Below, one piece after another: positions 29,501 to 42,782 of a stretch of DNA of 64,000 bases (within the stretch, counting starts at the first letter, position 1; every line of letters starts with the position of its first letter). The position numbers and the translations under genes are program-made. This DNA comes from Nemertoderma westbladi (taxonomy: Eukaryota > Animalia > Xenacoelomorpha), in NCBI GenBank assembly GCA_032718475.1, contig JAUCBJ010002587.1, forward strand, positions 62,001 through 126,000, read 5' to 3'. The notes beneath the pieces were generated by a model. That model saw only the letters and a list, made by a program, of their open reading frames with translations. It did not search any database and was not told the origin of the DNA.

Positions 29501-32500
29501 ATTGGTTTGTAGTTGACCTTTGCACTTTACGTCGGTCTGCTATTAATTGGTTTGTAGTTGACCTTTGCACTTTACTACGGTCTGCTATTAATTGGTTTGT
29601 AGTTGACCTTTGTACTTTACTACGGTCTGCTATTAATGGGTTTGTAGTTGACCTTTGCACTTTACGACGGTCTGCTATTAATTGGTTTGTAGTTGACCTT
29701 TGCACTTTACTACGGTCTGCTATTAATTGGTTTGTAGTTTACCTTTGTACTTTACTACGGTCTGCTATTAATTGGTTTGTAGTTGACCTTTGTACTTTAC
29801 GACGGTCTACTATTAATTGGTTTGTAGTTGACCTTTGCACTTTACGACGGTCTGCTATTAATTGGTTTGTAGTTGACCTTTGCACTTTACGACGGTCTGC
29901 TATTAATTGGTTTGTAGTTGACCTTTGCACTTTACTACGGTCTGCTATTAATTGGTTTGTAGTTGACCTTTGTACTTTACTACGGTCTGCTATTAATTGG
30001 TTTGTAGTTGACCTTTGTACTTTACGACGGTCTACTATTAATTGGTTTGTAGTTGACCTTTGCACTTTACGACGGTCTACTATTAATTGGTTTGTAGTTG
30101 ACCTTTGCACTTTACGACGGTCTGCTATTAATTGGTTTGTAGTTGACCTTTGCACTTTACTACGGTCTGCTATTAATTGGTTTGTAGTTGACCTTTGTAC
30201 TTTACGACGGTCTACTATTAATTGGTTTGTAGTTGACCTTTGTACTTTACGACGGTCTACTATTAATTGGTTTGTAGTTGACCTTTGCACTTTACTACGG
30301 TCTGCTATTAATTGGTTTGTAGTTGACCTTTGTACTTTACGACGGTCTACTATTAATTGGTTTGTAGTTGACCTTTGTACTTTACTACGGTCTGCTATTA
30401 ATTGGTTTGTAGTTGACCTTTGCACTTTACTACGGTCTGCTATTAATTGGTTTGTAGTTGACCTTTGCACTTTACTACGGTCTGCTATTAATTGGTTTGT
30501 AGTTGACCTTTGCACTTTACTACGGTCTGCTATTAATTGGTTTGTAGTTGACCTTTGCACTTTACTACGGTCTGCTATTAATTGGTTTGTAGTTGACCTT
30601 TGCACTTTACGACGGTCTGCTATTAATTGGTTTGTAGTTGACCTTTGTACTTTACTACGGTCTGCTATTAATGGGTTTGTAGTTGACCTTTGTACTTTAC
30701 TACGGTCTGCTATTAATTGGTTTGTAGTTGACCTTTGCACTTTACTACGGTCTGCTATTAATTGGTTTGTAGTTGACCTTTGCACTTTACTACGGTCTGC
30801 TATTAATTGGTTTGTAGTTGACCTTTGCACTTTACTACGGTCTGCTATTAATTGGTTTGTAGTTGACCTTTGTACTTTACTACGGTCTGCTATTAATTGG
30901 TTTGTAGTTGACCTTTGCACTTTACTACGGTCTGCTATTAATTGGTTTGTAGTTGACCTTTGCACTTTACTACGGTCTGCTATTAATTGGTTTGTAGTTG
31001 ACCTTTGCACTTTACTACGGTCTGCTATTAATTGGTTTGTAGTTGACCTTTGCACTTTACTACGGTCTGCTATTAATTGGTTTGTAGTTGACCTTTGCAC
31101 TTTACGACGGTCTGCTATTAATTGGTTTGTAGTTGACCTTTGCACTTTACGACGGTCTGCTATTAATTGGTTTGTAGTTGACCTTTGTACTTTACTACGT
31201 TCTACTATTAATTGGTTTGTAGTTGACCTTTGCACTTTACGACGGTCTGCTATTAATTGGTTTGTAGTTGACCTTTGTACTTTACTACGGTCTGCTATTA
31301 ATTGGTTTGTAGTTGACCTTTGTACTTTACTACGGTCTGCTATTAATTGGTTTGTAGTTGACCTTTGTACTTTACTACGGTCTGCTATTAATTGGTTTGT
31401 AGTTGACCTTTGTACTTTACTACGGTCTGCTATTAATTGGTTTGTAGTTGACCTTTGCACTTTACGACGGTCTGCTATTAATTGGTTTGTAGTTGACCTT
31501 TGCACTTTACGACGGTCTGCTATTAATTGGTTTGTAGTTGACCTTTGCACTTTACGACGGTCTGCTATTAATTGTTTTGTAGTTGACCTTTGGACTTTAC
31601 TACGGTCTGCTATTAATGGGTTTGTAGTTGACCTTTGCACTTTACTACGGTCTGCTATTAATTGGTTTGCAGTTGACCTTTGCACTTTACTACGGTCTGC
31701 TATTAATTGGTTTGCAGTTGACCTTTGCACTTTACTACGGTCTGCTATTAATTGGTTTGTAGTTGACCTTTGCACTTTACTACGTTCTGCTATTAATTGG
31801 TTTGTAGTTGACCTTTGCACTTTACGTCGGTCTGCTATTAATTGGTTTGTAGTTGACCTTTGCACTTTACGTCGTTCTGCTATTAATTGGTTTGTAGTTG
31901 ACCTTTGTACTTTACTACGGTCTGCTATTAATGGGTTTGTAGTTGACCTTTGCACTTTACTACGGTCTGCTATTAATTGGTTTGTAGTTGACCTTTGCAC
32001 TTTACTACGTTCTGCTATTAATGGGTTTGCAGTTGACCTTTGCACTTTACGTCGGTCTGCTATTAATTGGTTTGTAGTTGACCTTTGCACTTTACTACGG
32101 TCTGCTATTAATTGGTTTGTAGTTGACCTTTGCACTTTACGACGGTCTGCTATTAATTGGTTTGTAGTTGACCTTTGCACTTTACTACGGTCTGCTATTA
32201 ATTGGTTTGTAGTTGACCTTTGCACTTTACGACGGTCTGCTATTAATTGGTTTGTAGTTGACCTTTGTACTTTACTACGGTCTGCTATTAATTGGTTTGT
32301 AGTTGACCTTTGCACTTTACGACGGTCTACTATTAATTGGTTTGTAGTTTACCTTTGTACTTTACTACGGTCTGCTATTAATTGGTTTGTAGTTGACCTT
32401 TGCACTTTACGACGGTCTGCTATTAATTGGTTTGTAGTTGACCTTTGCACTTTACTACGGTCTGCTATTAATTGGTTTGTAGTTGACCTTTGCACTTTAC

Positions 32501-35500
32501 GACGGTCTGCTATTAATTGGTTTGTAGTTGACCTTTGTACTTTACTACGGTCTGCTATTAATTGGTTTGTAGTTGACCTTTGCACTTTACGACGGTCTAC
32601 TATTAATTGGTTTGTAGTTTACCTTTGTACTTTACTACGGTCTGCTATTAATTGGTTTGTAGTTGACCTTTGCACTTTACGACGGTCTGCTATTAATTGG
32701 TTTGTAGTTGACCTTTGTACTTTACTACGGTCTGCTATTAATTGGTTTGTAGTTGACCTTTGCACTTTACGACGGTCTACTATTAATTGGTTTGTAGTTT
32801 ACCTTTGTACTTTACTACGGTCTGCTATTAATTGGTTTGTAGTTGACCTTTGCACTTTACTACGGTCTGCTATTAATTGGTTTGTAGTTGACCTTTGTAC
32901 TTTACTACGGTCTGCTATTACTTGGTTTGTAGTTGACCTTTGCACTTTACGTCGGTCTGCTATTAATTGGTTTGTAGTTGACCTTTGCACTTTACTACAG
33001 TCTGCTATTAATTGGTTTGTAGTTGACCTTTGCACTTTACGTCGGTCTGATATTAATTGGTTTGTAGTTGACCTTTGCACTTTACGACGGTCTGCTATTA
33101 ATTGGTTTGTAGTTTACCTTTATACTTTACTACGGTCTGCTATTAATTGGTTTGTAGTTGACCTTTGTACTTTACTACGGTCTGCTATTAATTGGTTTGT
33201 AGTTGACCTTTGCACTTTACTACGGTCTGCTATTAATTGGTTTGTAGTTTACCTTTGTACTTTACTACGGTCTGCTATTAATTGGTTTGTAGTTGACCTT
33301 TGCACTTTACTACGGTCTGCTATTAATTGGTTTGTAGTTGACCTTTGCACTTTACTACGGTCTGCTATTAATTGGTTTGTAGTTTACCTTTATACTTTAC
33401 TACGGTCTGCTATTAATTGGTTTGTAGTTGACCTTTGCACTTTACGTCGGTCTGCTATTAATTGGTTTGTAGTTGACCTTTGCACTTTACGTCGGTCTGC
33501 TATTAATTGGTTTGTAGTTGACCTTTGCACTTTACGTCGTTCTGCTATTAATTGGTTTGTAGTTGACCTTTGTACTTTACTACGGTCTGCTATTAATGGG
33601 TTTGTAGTTGACCTTTGCACTTTACTACGGTCTGCTATTAATTGGTTTGTAGTTTACCTTTATACTTTACTACGGTCTGCTATTAATTGGTTTGTAGTTG
33701 ACCTTTGCACTTTACTACGGTCTGCTATTAATTGGTTTGTAGTTGACCTTTGCACTTTACTACGGTCTGCTATTAATTGGTTTGTAGTTTACCTTTATAC
33801 TTTACTACGGTCTGCTATTAATTGGTTTGTAGTTGACCTTTGCACTTTACTACGGTCTGCTATTAATTGGTTTGTAGTTGACCTTTGCACTTTACGTCGG
33901 TCTGCTATTAATTGGTTTGTAGTTGACCTTTGCACTTTACGTCGTTCTGCTATTAATTGGTTTGTAGTTGACCTTTGTACTTTACTACGGTCTGCTATTA
34001 ATGGGTTTGTAGTTGACCTTTGCACTTTACTACGGTCTGCTATTAATTGGTTTGTAGTTGACCTTTGCACTTTACTACGTTCTGCTATTAATGGGTTTGC
34101 AGTTGACCTTTGCACTTTACGTCGGTCTGCTATTAATTGGTTTGTAGTTGACCTTTGCACTTTACTACGGTCTGCTATTAATTGGTTTGTAGTTGACCTT
34201 TGCACTTTACGACGGTCTGCTATTAATTGGTTTGTAGTTGACCTTTGCACTTTACTACGGTCTGCTATTAATTGGTTTGTAGTTGACCTTTGCACTTTAC
34301 GACGGTCTGCTATTAATTGGTTTGTAGTTGACCTTTGCACTTTACTACGGTCTGCTATTAATTGGTTTGTAGTTGACCTTTGCACTTTACTACGTTCTGC
34401 TATTAATTGGTTTGTAGTTGACCTTTGCACTTTACGACGGTCTGCTATTAATTGGTTTGTAGTTGACCTTTGCACTTTACTACGGTCTGCTATTAATTGG
34501 TTTGTAGTTGACCTTTGCACTTTACTACGTTCTGCTATTAATTGGTTTGTAGTTTACCTTTGTACTTTACTACGGTCTGCTATTACTTGGTTTGTAGTTG
34601 ACCTTTGCACTTTACGTCGGTCTGCTATTAATTGGTTTGTAGTTGACCTTTGCACTTTACTACAGTCTGCTATTAATTGGTTTGTAGTTGACCTTTGCAC
34701 TTTACGTCGGTCTGATATTAATTGGTTTGTAGTTGACCTTTGCACTTTACGACGGTCTGCTATTAATTGGTTTGTAGTTTACCTTTATACTTTACTACGG
34801 TCTGCTATTAATTGGTTTGTAGTTGACCTTTGTACTTTACTACGGTCTGCTATTAATTGGTTTGTAGTTGACCTTTGCACTTTACTACGGTCTGCTATTA
34901 ATTGGTTTGTAGTTTACCTTTGTACTTTACTACGGTCTGCTATTAATTGGTTTGTAGTTGACCTTTGCACTTTACTACGGTCTGCTATTAATTGGTTTGT
35001 AGTTGACCTTTGCACTTTACTACGGTCTGCTATTAATTGGTTTGTAGTTTACCTTTATACTTTACTACGGTCTGCTATTAATTGGTTTGTAGTTTACCTT
35101 TATACTTTACTACGGTCTGCTATTAATTGGTTTGTAGTTTACCTTTGTACTTTACTACGGTCTGCTATTACTTGGTTTGTAGTTGACCTTTGCACTTTAC
35201 GTCGGTCTGCTATTAATTGGTTTGTAGTTGACCTTTGCACTTTACGTCGGTCTGCTATTAATTGGTTTGTAGTTTACCTTTGTACTTTACTACGGTCTGC
35301 TATTACTTGGTTTGTAGTTGACCTTTGCACTTTACGTCGGTCTGCTATTAATTGGTTTGTAGTTGACCTTTGCACTTTACTACAGTCTGCTATTAATTGG
35401 TTTGTAGTTGACCTTTGCACTTTACGTCGGTCTGATATTAATTGGTTTGTAGTTGACCTTTGCACTTTACGACGGTCTGCTATTAATTGGTTTGTAGTTT

Positions 35501-38500
35501 ACCTTTATACTTTACTACGGTCTGCTATTAATTGGTTTGTAGTTGACCTTTGTACTTTACTACGGTCTGCTATTAATTGGTTTGTAGTTGACCTTTGCAC
35601 TTTACTACGGTCTGCTATTAATTGGTTTGTAGTTTACCTTTGTACTTTACTACGGTCTGCTATTAATTGGTTTGTAGTTGACCTTTGCACTTTACTACGG
35701 TCTGCTATTAATTGGTTTGTAGTTGACCTTTGCACTTTACTACGGTCTGCTATTAATTGGTTTGTAGTTTACCTTTATACTTTACTACGGTCTGCTATTA
35801 ATTGGTTTGTAGTTTACCTTTATACTTTACTACGGTCTGCTATTAATTGGTTTGTAGTTTACCTTTATACTTTACTACGGTCTGCTATTAATTGGTTTGT
35901 AGTTGACCTTTGTACTTTACTACGGTCTGCTATTAATTGGTTTGTAGTTTACCTTTATACTTTACTACGGTCTGCTATTAATTGGTTTGTAGTTGACCTT
36001 TGTACTTTACTACGGTCTGCTATTAATTGGTTTGTAGTTTACCTTTATACTTTACTACGGTCTGCTATTAATTGGTTTGTAGTTTACCTTTATACTTTAC
36101 TACGGTCTGCTATTAATTGGTTTGTAGTTTACCTTTGTACTTTACTACGGTCTGCTATTAATTGGTTTGTAGTTTACCTTTATACTTTACTACGGTCTGC
36201 TATTAATTGGTTTGTAGTTTACCTTTATACTTTACTACGGTCTGCTATTAATTGGTTTGTAGTTGACCTTTGTACTTTACTACGGTCTGCTATTAATTGG
36301 TTTGTAGTTGACCTTTGTACTTTACTACGGTCTGCTATTAATTGGTTTGTAGTTGACCTTTGCACTTTACTGCGGTCTGCTATTAATTGGTTTGTAGTTG
36401 ACCTTTGTACTTTACTACGGTCTGCTATTAATTGGTTTGTAGTTGACCTTTGCACTTTACTGCGGTCTGCTATTAATTTGTTTGTAGTTGACCTTTGCAC
36501 TTTACTACGGTCTGCTATTAATTGGTTTGTAGTTGACCTTTGCACTTTACGACGGTCTGCTATTAATTGGTTTGTAGTTTACCTTTGTACTTTACTACGG
36601 TCTGCTATTAATTGGTTTGTAGTTTACCTTTATACTTTACTACGGTCTGCTATTAATTGGTTTGTAGTTTACCTTTATACTTTACTACGGTCTGCTATTA
36701 ATTGGTTTGTAGTTGACCTTTGTACTTTACTACGGTCTGCTATTAATTGGTTTGTAGTTGACCTTTGTACTTTACTACGGTCTGCTATTAATTGGTTTGT
36801 AGTTGACCTTTGCACTTTACTGCGGTCTGCTATTAATTGGTTTGTAGTTGACCTTTGCACTTTACTACGGTCTGCTATTAATTGGTTTGTAGTTGACCTT
36901 TGCACTTTACGACGGTCTGCTATTAATTTGTTTGTAGTTGACCTTTGCACTTTACTACGGTCTGCTATTAATTGGTTTGTAGTTGACCTTTGCACTTTAC
37001 GACGGTCTGCTATTAATTGGTTTGTAGTTGACCTTTGCACTTTACTACGGTCTGCTATTAATTGGTTTGTAGTTGACCTTTGCACTTTACGACGGTCTGC
37101 TATTAATTGGTTTGTAGTTGACCTTTGTACTTTACGACGGTCTGCTATTAATTGGTTTGTAGTTGACCTTTGCACTTTACTACAGTCTGCTATTAATTGG
37201 TTTGTAGTTGACCTTTGCACTTTACGTCGGTCTGATATTAATTGGTTTGTAGTTGACCTTTGCACTTTACGACGGTCTGCTATTAATTGGTTTGTAGTTT
37301 ACCTTTGTACTTTACTACGGTCTGCTATTAATTGGTTTGTAGTTTACCTTTGTACTTTACTACGGTCTGCTATTAATTGGTTTGTAGTTGACCTTTGTAC
37401 TTTACTACGGTCTGCTATTAATTGGTTTGTAGTTGACCTTTGCACTTTACTACGGTCTGCTATTAATTGGTTTGTAGTTGACCTTTGCACTTTACTACGG
37501 TCTGCTATTAATTGGTTTGTAGTTGACCTTTGCACTTTACGACGGTCTGCTATTAATTGGTTTGTAGTTGACCTTTGCACTTTACTACGGTCTGCTATTA
37601 ATTGGTTTGTAGTTGACCTTTGCACTTTACGACGGTCTGCTATTAATTGGTTTGTAGTTGACCTTTGCACTTTACTACGGTCTGCTATTAATTGGTTTGT
37701 AGTTGACCTTTGCACTTTACGACGGTCTGCTATTAATTGGTTTGTAGTTGACCTTTGCACTTTACTACGGTCTGCTATTAATTGGTTTGTAGTTGACCTT
37801 TGTACTTTACTACGGTCTGCTATTAATTGGTTTGTAGTTGACCTTTGGACTTTACTACGGTCTGCTATTAATTGGTTTGTAGTTGACCTTTGGACTTTAC
37901 TACGGTCTGCTATTAATTGGTTTGTAGTTGACCTTTGCACTTTACTACGGTCTGCTATTAATTGGTTTATAGTTGACCTTTGCACTTTACGACGGTCTGC
38001 TATTAATTGGTTTGTAGTTGACCTTTGCACTTTACGACGGTCTGCTATTAATTGGTTTGTAGTTGACCTTTTCACTTTACGACGGTCTGCTATTAATTGG
38101 TTTGTAGTTGACCTTTGCACTTTACGACGGTCTGCTATTAATTGGTTTGTAGTTGACCTTTGCACTTTACTACGGTCTGCTATTAATTGGTTTGTAGTTG
38201 ACCTTTGCACTTTACTACGGTCTGCTATTAATTGGTTTGTAGTTGACCTTTGTACTTTACGACGGTCTGCTATTAATGGGTTTGTAGTTGACCTTTGTAC
38301 TTTACTACGGTCTGCTATTAATTGGTTTGTAGTTGACCTTTGCACTTTACGACGGTCTGCTATTAATGGGTTTGTAGTTGACCTTTGTACTTTACTACGG
38401 TCTGCTATTAATTGGTTTGTAGTTGACCTTTGTACTTTACTACGGTCTGCTATTAATTGGTTTGTAGTTGACCTTTGGACTTTACGTCGGTCTGCTATTA

Positions 38501-41500
38501 ATTGGTTTGTAGTTGACCTTTGCACTTTACGTCGGTCTGCTATTAATTGGTTTGTAGTTGACCTTTGCACTTTACGTCGGTCTGCTATTAATTGGTTTGT
38601 AGTTGACCTTTGCACTTTACGACGGTCTGCTATTAATTGGTTTGTAGTTGACCTTTGGACTTTACGTCGGTCTGCTATTAATTGGTTTGTAGTTGACCTT
38701 TGCACTTTACGACGGTCTGCTATTAATTGGTTTGTAGTTGACCTTTGCACTTTACTACGGTCTGCTATTAATTGGTTTGTAGTTGACCTTTGGACTTTAC
38801 TACGGTCTGCTATTAATTGGTTTGTAGTTGACCTTTGGACTTTACGTCGGTCTGCTATTAATTGGTTTGTAGTTGACCTTTGCACTTTACGTCGGTCTGC
38901 TATTAATTGGTTTGTAGTTGACCTTTGCACTTTACGTCGGTCTGCTATTAATTGGTTTGTAGTTGACCTTTGCACTTTACGACGGTCTGCTATTAATTGG
39001 TTTGTAGTTGACCTTTGCACTTTACGACGGTCTGCTATTAATTGGTTTGGAGTTGACCTTTGCACTTTACGTCGGTCTGCTATTAATTGGTTTGTAGTTG
39101 ACCTTTGCACTTTACTACGGTCTGCTATTAATTGGTTTGTAGTTGACCTTTGGACTTTACGTCGTTCTGCTATTAATTGGTTTGTAGTTGACCTTTGCAC
39201 TTTACGTCGGTCTGCTATTAATTGGTTTGTAGTTGACCTTTGCACTTTACGACGGTCTGCTATTAATTGGTTTGTAGTTGACCTTTGCACTTTACTACGG
39301 TCTGCTATTAATTGGTTTGTAGTTGACCTTTGGACTTTACGTCGGTCTGCTATTAATTGGTTTGTAGTTGACCTTTGCACTTTACGTCGGTCTGCTATTA
39401 ATTGGTTTGTAGTTGACCTTTGCACTTTACGACGGTCTGCTATTAATTGGTTTGTAGTTGACCTTTGCAATTTGCGACGGTCTGCTATTAATTGGTTTGT
39501 AGTTGACCTTTGGACTTTACGTCAGTCTGCTATTAATTGGTTTGTAGTTGACCTTTGCACTTTACGACGGTCTGCTATTAATTGGTTTGTAGTTGACCTT
39601 TGCACTTTACTACGGTCTGCTATTAATTGGTTTGTAGTTGACCTTTGCACTTTACTACGGTCTGCTATTAATTGCTTTGTAGTTGACCTTTGCACTTTAC
39701 TACGGTCTGCTATTAATTGGTTTATAGTTGACCTTTGCACTTTACGACGGTCTGCTATTAATTGGTTTGTAGTTGATCTTTGCACTTTACTACGGTCTGA
39801 TATTAATTGGTTTCTAGTTGACCTTTGCACTTTACTACGGTCTGATATTAATTGGTTTGTAGTTGACCTTTGCACTTTACGACGGTCTGCTATTAATTGG
39901 TTTCTAGTTGACCTTTGTACTTTACTACGGTCTGTTATTAATTGGTTTCTAGTTGACCTTTGCACTTTACGACGGTCTGCTATTAATTGGTTTGTAGTTG
40001 ACCTTTGCACTTTACGACGGTCTGCTATTAATTGGTTTGTAGTTGACCTTTGCACTTTACTACGGTCTGCTATTAATTGGTTTGTAGTTGACCTTTGCAC
40101 TTTACGACGGTCTGCTATTAATTGGTTTGTAGTTGACCTTTGCACTTTACTACGGTCTGCTATTAATTGGTTTGTAGTTGACCTTTGCACTTTACTACGG
40201 TCTGTTATTAATTGGTTTCTAGTTGACCTTTGCACTTTACGACGGTCTGCTATTAATTGGTTTGTAGTTGACCTTTGCACTTTACGACGGTCTGCTATTA
40301 ATTGGTTTGTAGTTGACCTTTGCACTTTACTACGGTCTGCTATTAATTGGTTTGTAGTTGACCTTTGCACTTTACGACGGTCTGCTATTAATTGGTTTCT
40401 AGTTGACCTTTGTACTTTACTACGGTCTGTTATTAATTGGTTTCTAGTTGACCTTTGCACTTTACGACGGTCTGCTATTAATTGGTTTGTAGTTGACCTT
40501 TGCACTTTACGACGGTCTGCTATTAATTGGTTTGTAGTTGACCTTTGCACTTTACTACGGTCTGCTATTAATTGGTTTGTAGTTGACCTTTGCACTTTAC
40601 GACGGTCTGCTATTAATTGGTTTGTAGTTGACCTTTGCACTTTACTACGGTCTGCTATTAATTGGTTTGTAGTTGACCTTTGCACTTTACTACGGTCTGC
40701 TATTAATTGGTTTATAGTTGACCTTTGCACTTTACGACGGTCTGCTATTAATTGGTTTGTAGTTGACCTTTGCAATTTGCGACGGTCTGCTATTAATTGG
40801 TTTGTAGTTGACCTTTGGACTTTACGTCAGTCTGCTATTAATTGGTTTGTAGTTGACCTTTGCACTTTACTACGGTCTGCTATTAATTGGTTTGTAGTTG
40901 ACCTTTGCACTTTACGACGGTCTGCTATTAATTGGTTTGTAGTTGACCTTTGTACTTTACGTCGGTCTGCTATTAATTGGTTTGTAGTTGACCTTTGTAC
41001 TTTACCACGGTCTGCTATTAATTGGTTTGTAGTTGACCTTTGCACTTTACGACGGTCTGCTATTAATTGGTTTGTAGTTGACCTTTGCACTTTACGACGG
41101 TCTGCTATTAATTGGTTTGTAGTTGACCTTTGCACTTTACGACGGTCTGCTATTAATTGGTTTGTAGTTGATCTTTGCACTTTACTACGGTCTGATATTA
41201 ATTGGTTTCTAGTTGACCTTTGCACTTTACTACGGTCTGCTATTAATTGGTTTGTAGTTGACCTTTGCACTTTACTACGGTCTGCTATTAATTGGTTTGT
41301 AGTTGACCTTTGCACTTTACTACGGTCTGCTATTAATTGGTTTGTAGTTGACCTTTGCACTTTACGACGGTCTGCTATTAATTGGTTTGTAGTTGACCTT
41401 TGCACTTTACGACGGTCTGCTATTAATTGGTTTGTAGTTGACCTTTGCACCTTACGACGGTCTGCTATTAATTGGTTTGTAGTTGACCTTTGTACTTTAC

Positions 41501-42305
41501 GACGGTCTGCTATTAATTGGTTTGTAGTTGACCTTTGTACTTTACTACGGTCTGCTATTAATTGGTTTGTAGTTGACCTTTGCACTTTACGACGGTCTGC
41601 TATTAATTGGTTTGTAGTTGACCTTTGCACTTTACGTCGGTCTGCTATTAATTTGTTTGTAGTTGACCTTTGCACTTTACTACGGTCTGCTATTAATTGG
41701 TTTGTAGTTGACCTTTGCACTTTACGACGGTCTGCTATTAATTGGTTTGTAGTTGACCTTTGCACTTTACGTCGGTCTGCTATTAATTGGTTTGTAGTTG
41801 ACCTTTGCACTTTACTACGGTCTGCTATTAATTGGTTTGTCGTTGACCTTTGCACTTTACGACGGTCTGCTATTAATTGGTTTGTAGTTGACCTTTGCAC
41901 TTTACTACGGTCTGCTATTAATTGGTTTGTAGTTGACCTTTGCACTTTACGACGGTCTGCTATTAATTGGTTTGTAGTTGACCTTTGCACTTTACGTCGG
42001 TCTGCTATTAATTGGTTTGTAGTTGACCTTTGTACTTTACTACGGTCTGCTATTAATTGGTTTGTAGTTGACCTTTGCACTTTACGTCGGTCTGCTATTA
42101 ATTGGTTTGTAGTTGACCTTTGCACTTTACTACGGTCTGCTATTAATTGGTTTGTAGTTGACCTTTGCACTTTACGACGGTCTGCTATTAATTGGTTTGT
42201 AGTTGACCTTTGGACTTTACTACGGTCTGCTATTAATTGGTTTGTAGTTGACCTTTGCACTTTACGACGGTCTGCTATTAATTGGTTTGTAGTTGACCTT
42301 TGCAC
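23532..42305. repeat. 45-bp tandem satellite A, array 2 (~417 copies)
   Basis: Same monomer and orientation as array 1; begins and ends on TGCAC; one 4-bp insertion near 26233. Confidence 0.98.
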
Positions 42306-42382
42306 GGGTGCTATATAACTGTTTTCGTACCAAAATATCGTTTCCCCATATAACAATATTATGGCGGCGACTTCGTATGAAA
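42306..42382. repeat. 77-bp unique flank of satellite A, copy 2
   Basis: Identical to 6070-6146; the two copies diverge after ATGAAA. Confidence 0.93.
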
Positions 42383-42476
42383 TATCTACATTTGTTTGTA
42401 CTAACATAACAAGCACGTTGTAGATATTCGGTTAGCTATAATAAGTCACTTAAATCCCGTTGTATTTTACTTTCAG

Positions 42477-42782
42477 TTGTTTGGAGCGCTGTTATCTGAA
42501 CGCCTAAAGATCTCTGATAGTTACTATGGGAACGGGCAATCCTTTCTGTTCCGCTACCGCCCCATGTTGGAGGTCTACAGATGGACCGGCCATAACAACT
42601 TCTTTATCAAAGGTGACAAGCAGTACTTGGTGATCGGAGGCGGACGGGGTACGTTCGGTTTGTGGTTCGATCGGGATCTGTTCCACGGACGGTGCCAGAT
42701 CTGTGATACATTCAATAACGAAATGTTATCTGATAGGGAAGACTTTAATATAGTTAGTCTAGAGGCTTGGTCGTTCGACTGA
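42477..42782 (+). CDS. OXR1: Terminal coding exon of a TLDc-domain protein (OXR1/NCOA7/mustard-like), C-terminal half of TLDc
   Basis: Splice acceptor TGTATTTTACTTTCAG ends at 42476 (phase 0). The translation shows TLDc hallmarks: FGA..SE.LK.SD.YYGNGQSFLF, WTG.N.FFIKG, IGGG.G.FGLWFD.DL.HGR...C.TFNN..LS..EDF....LEAW.F*. TGA stop at 42780-42782. The symbol is a family-level call. Confidence 0.9.
   Translation: MFGALLSERLKISDSYYGNGQSFLFRYRPMLEVYRWTGHNNFFIKGDKQYLVIGGGRGTFGLWFDRDLFHGRCQICDTFNNEMLSDREDFNIVSLEAWSFD

Noticed and set aside
26224-42318. 5364-aa ORF and the other long ORFs in satellite A on both strands (SAINWFVVDLCTLLR / QRSTTNQLIADRSKV repeats)
   Set aside because: A 45-bp stop-free monomer gives long ORFs automatically. 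There is no real start context, both strands are open, and many variants are non-synonymous.
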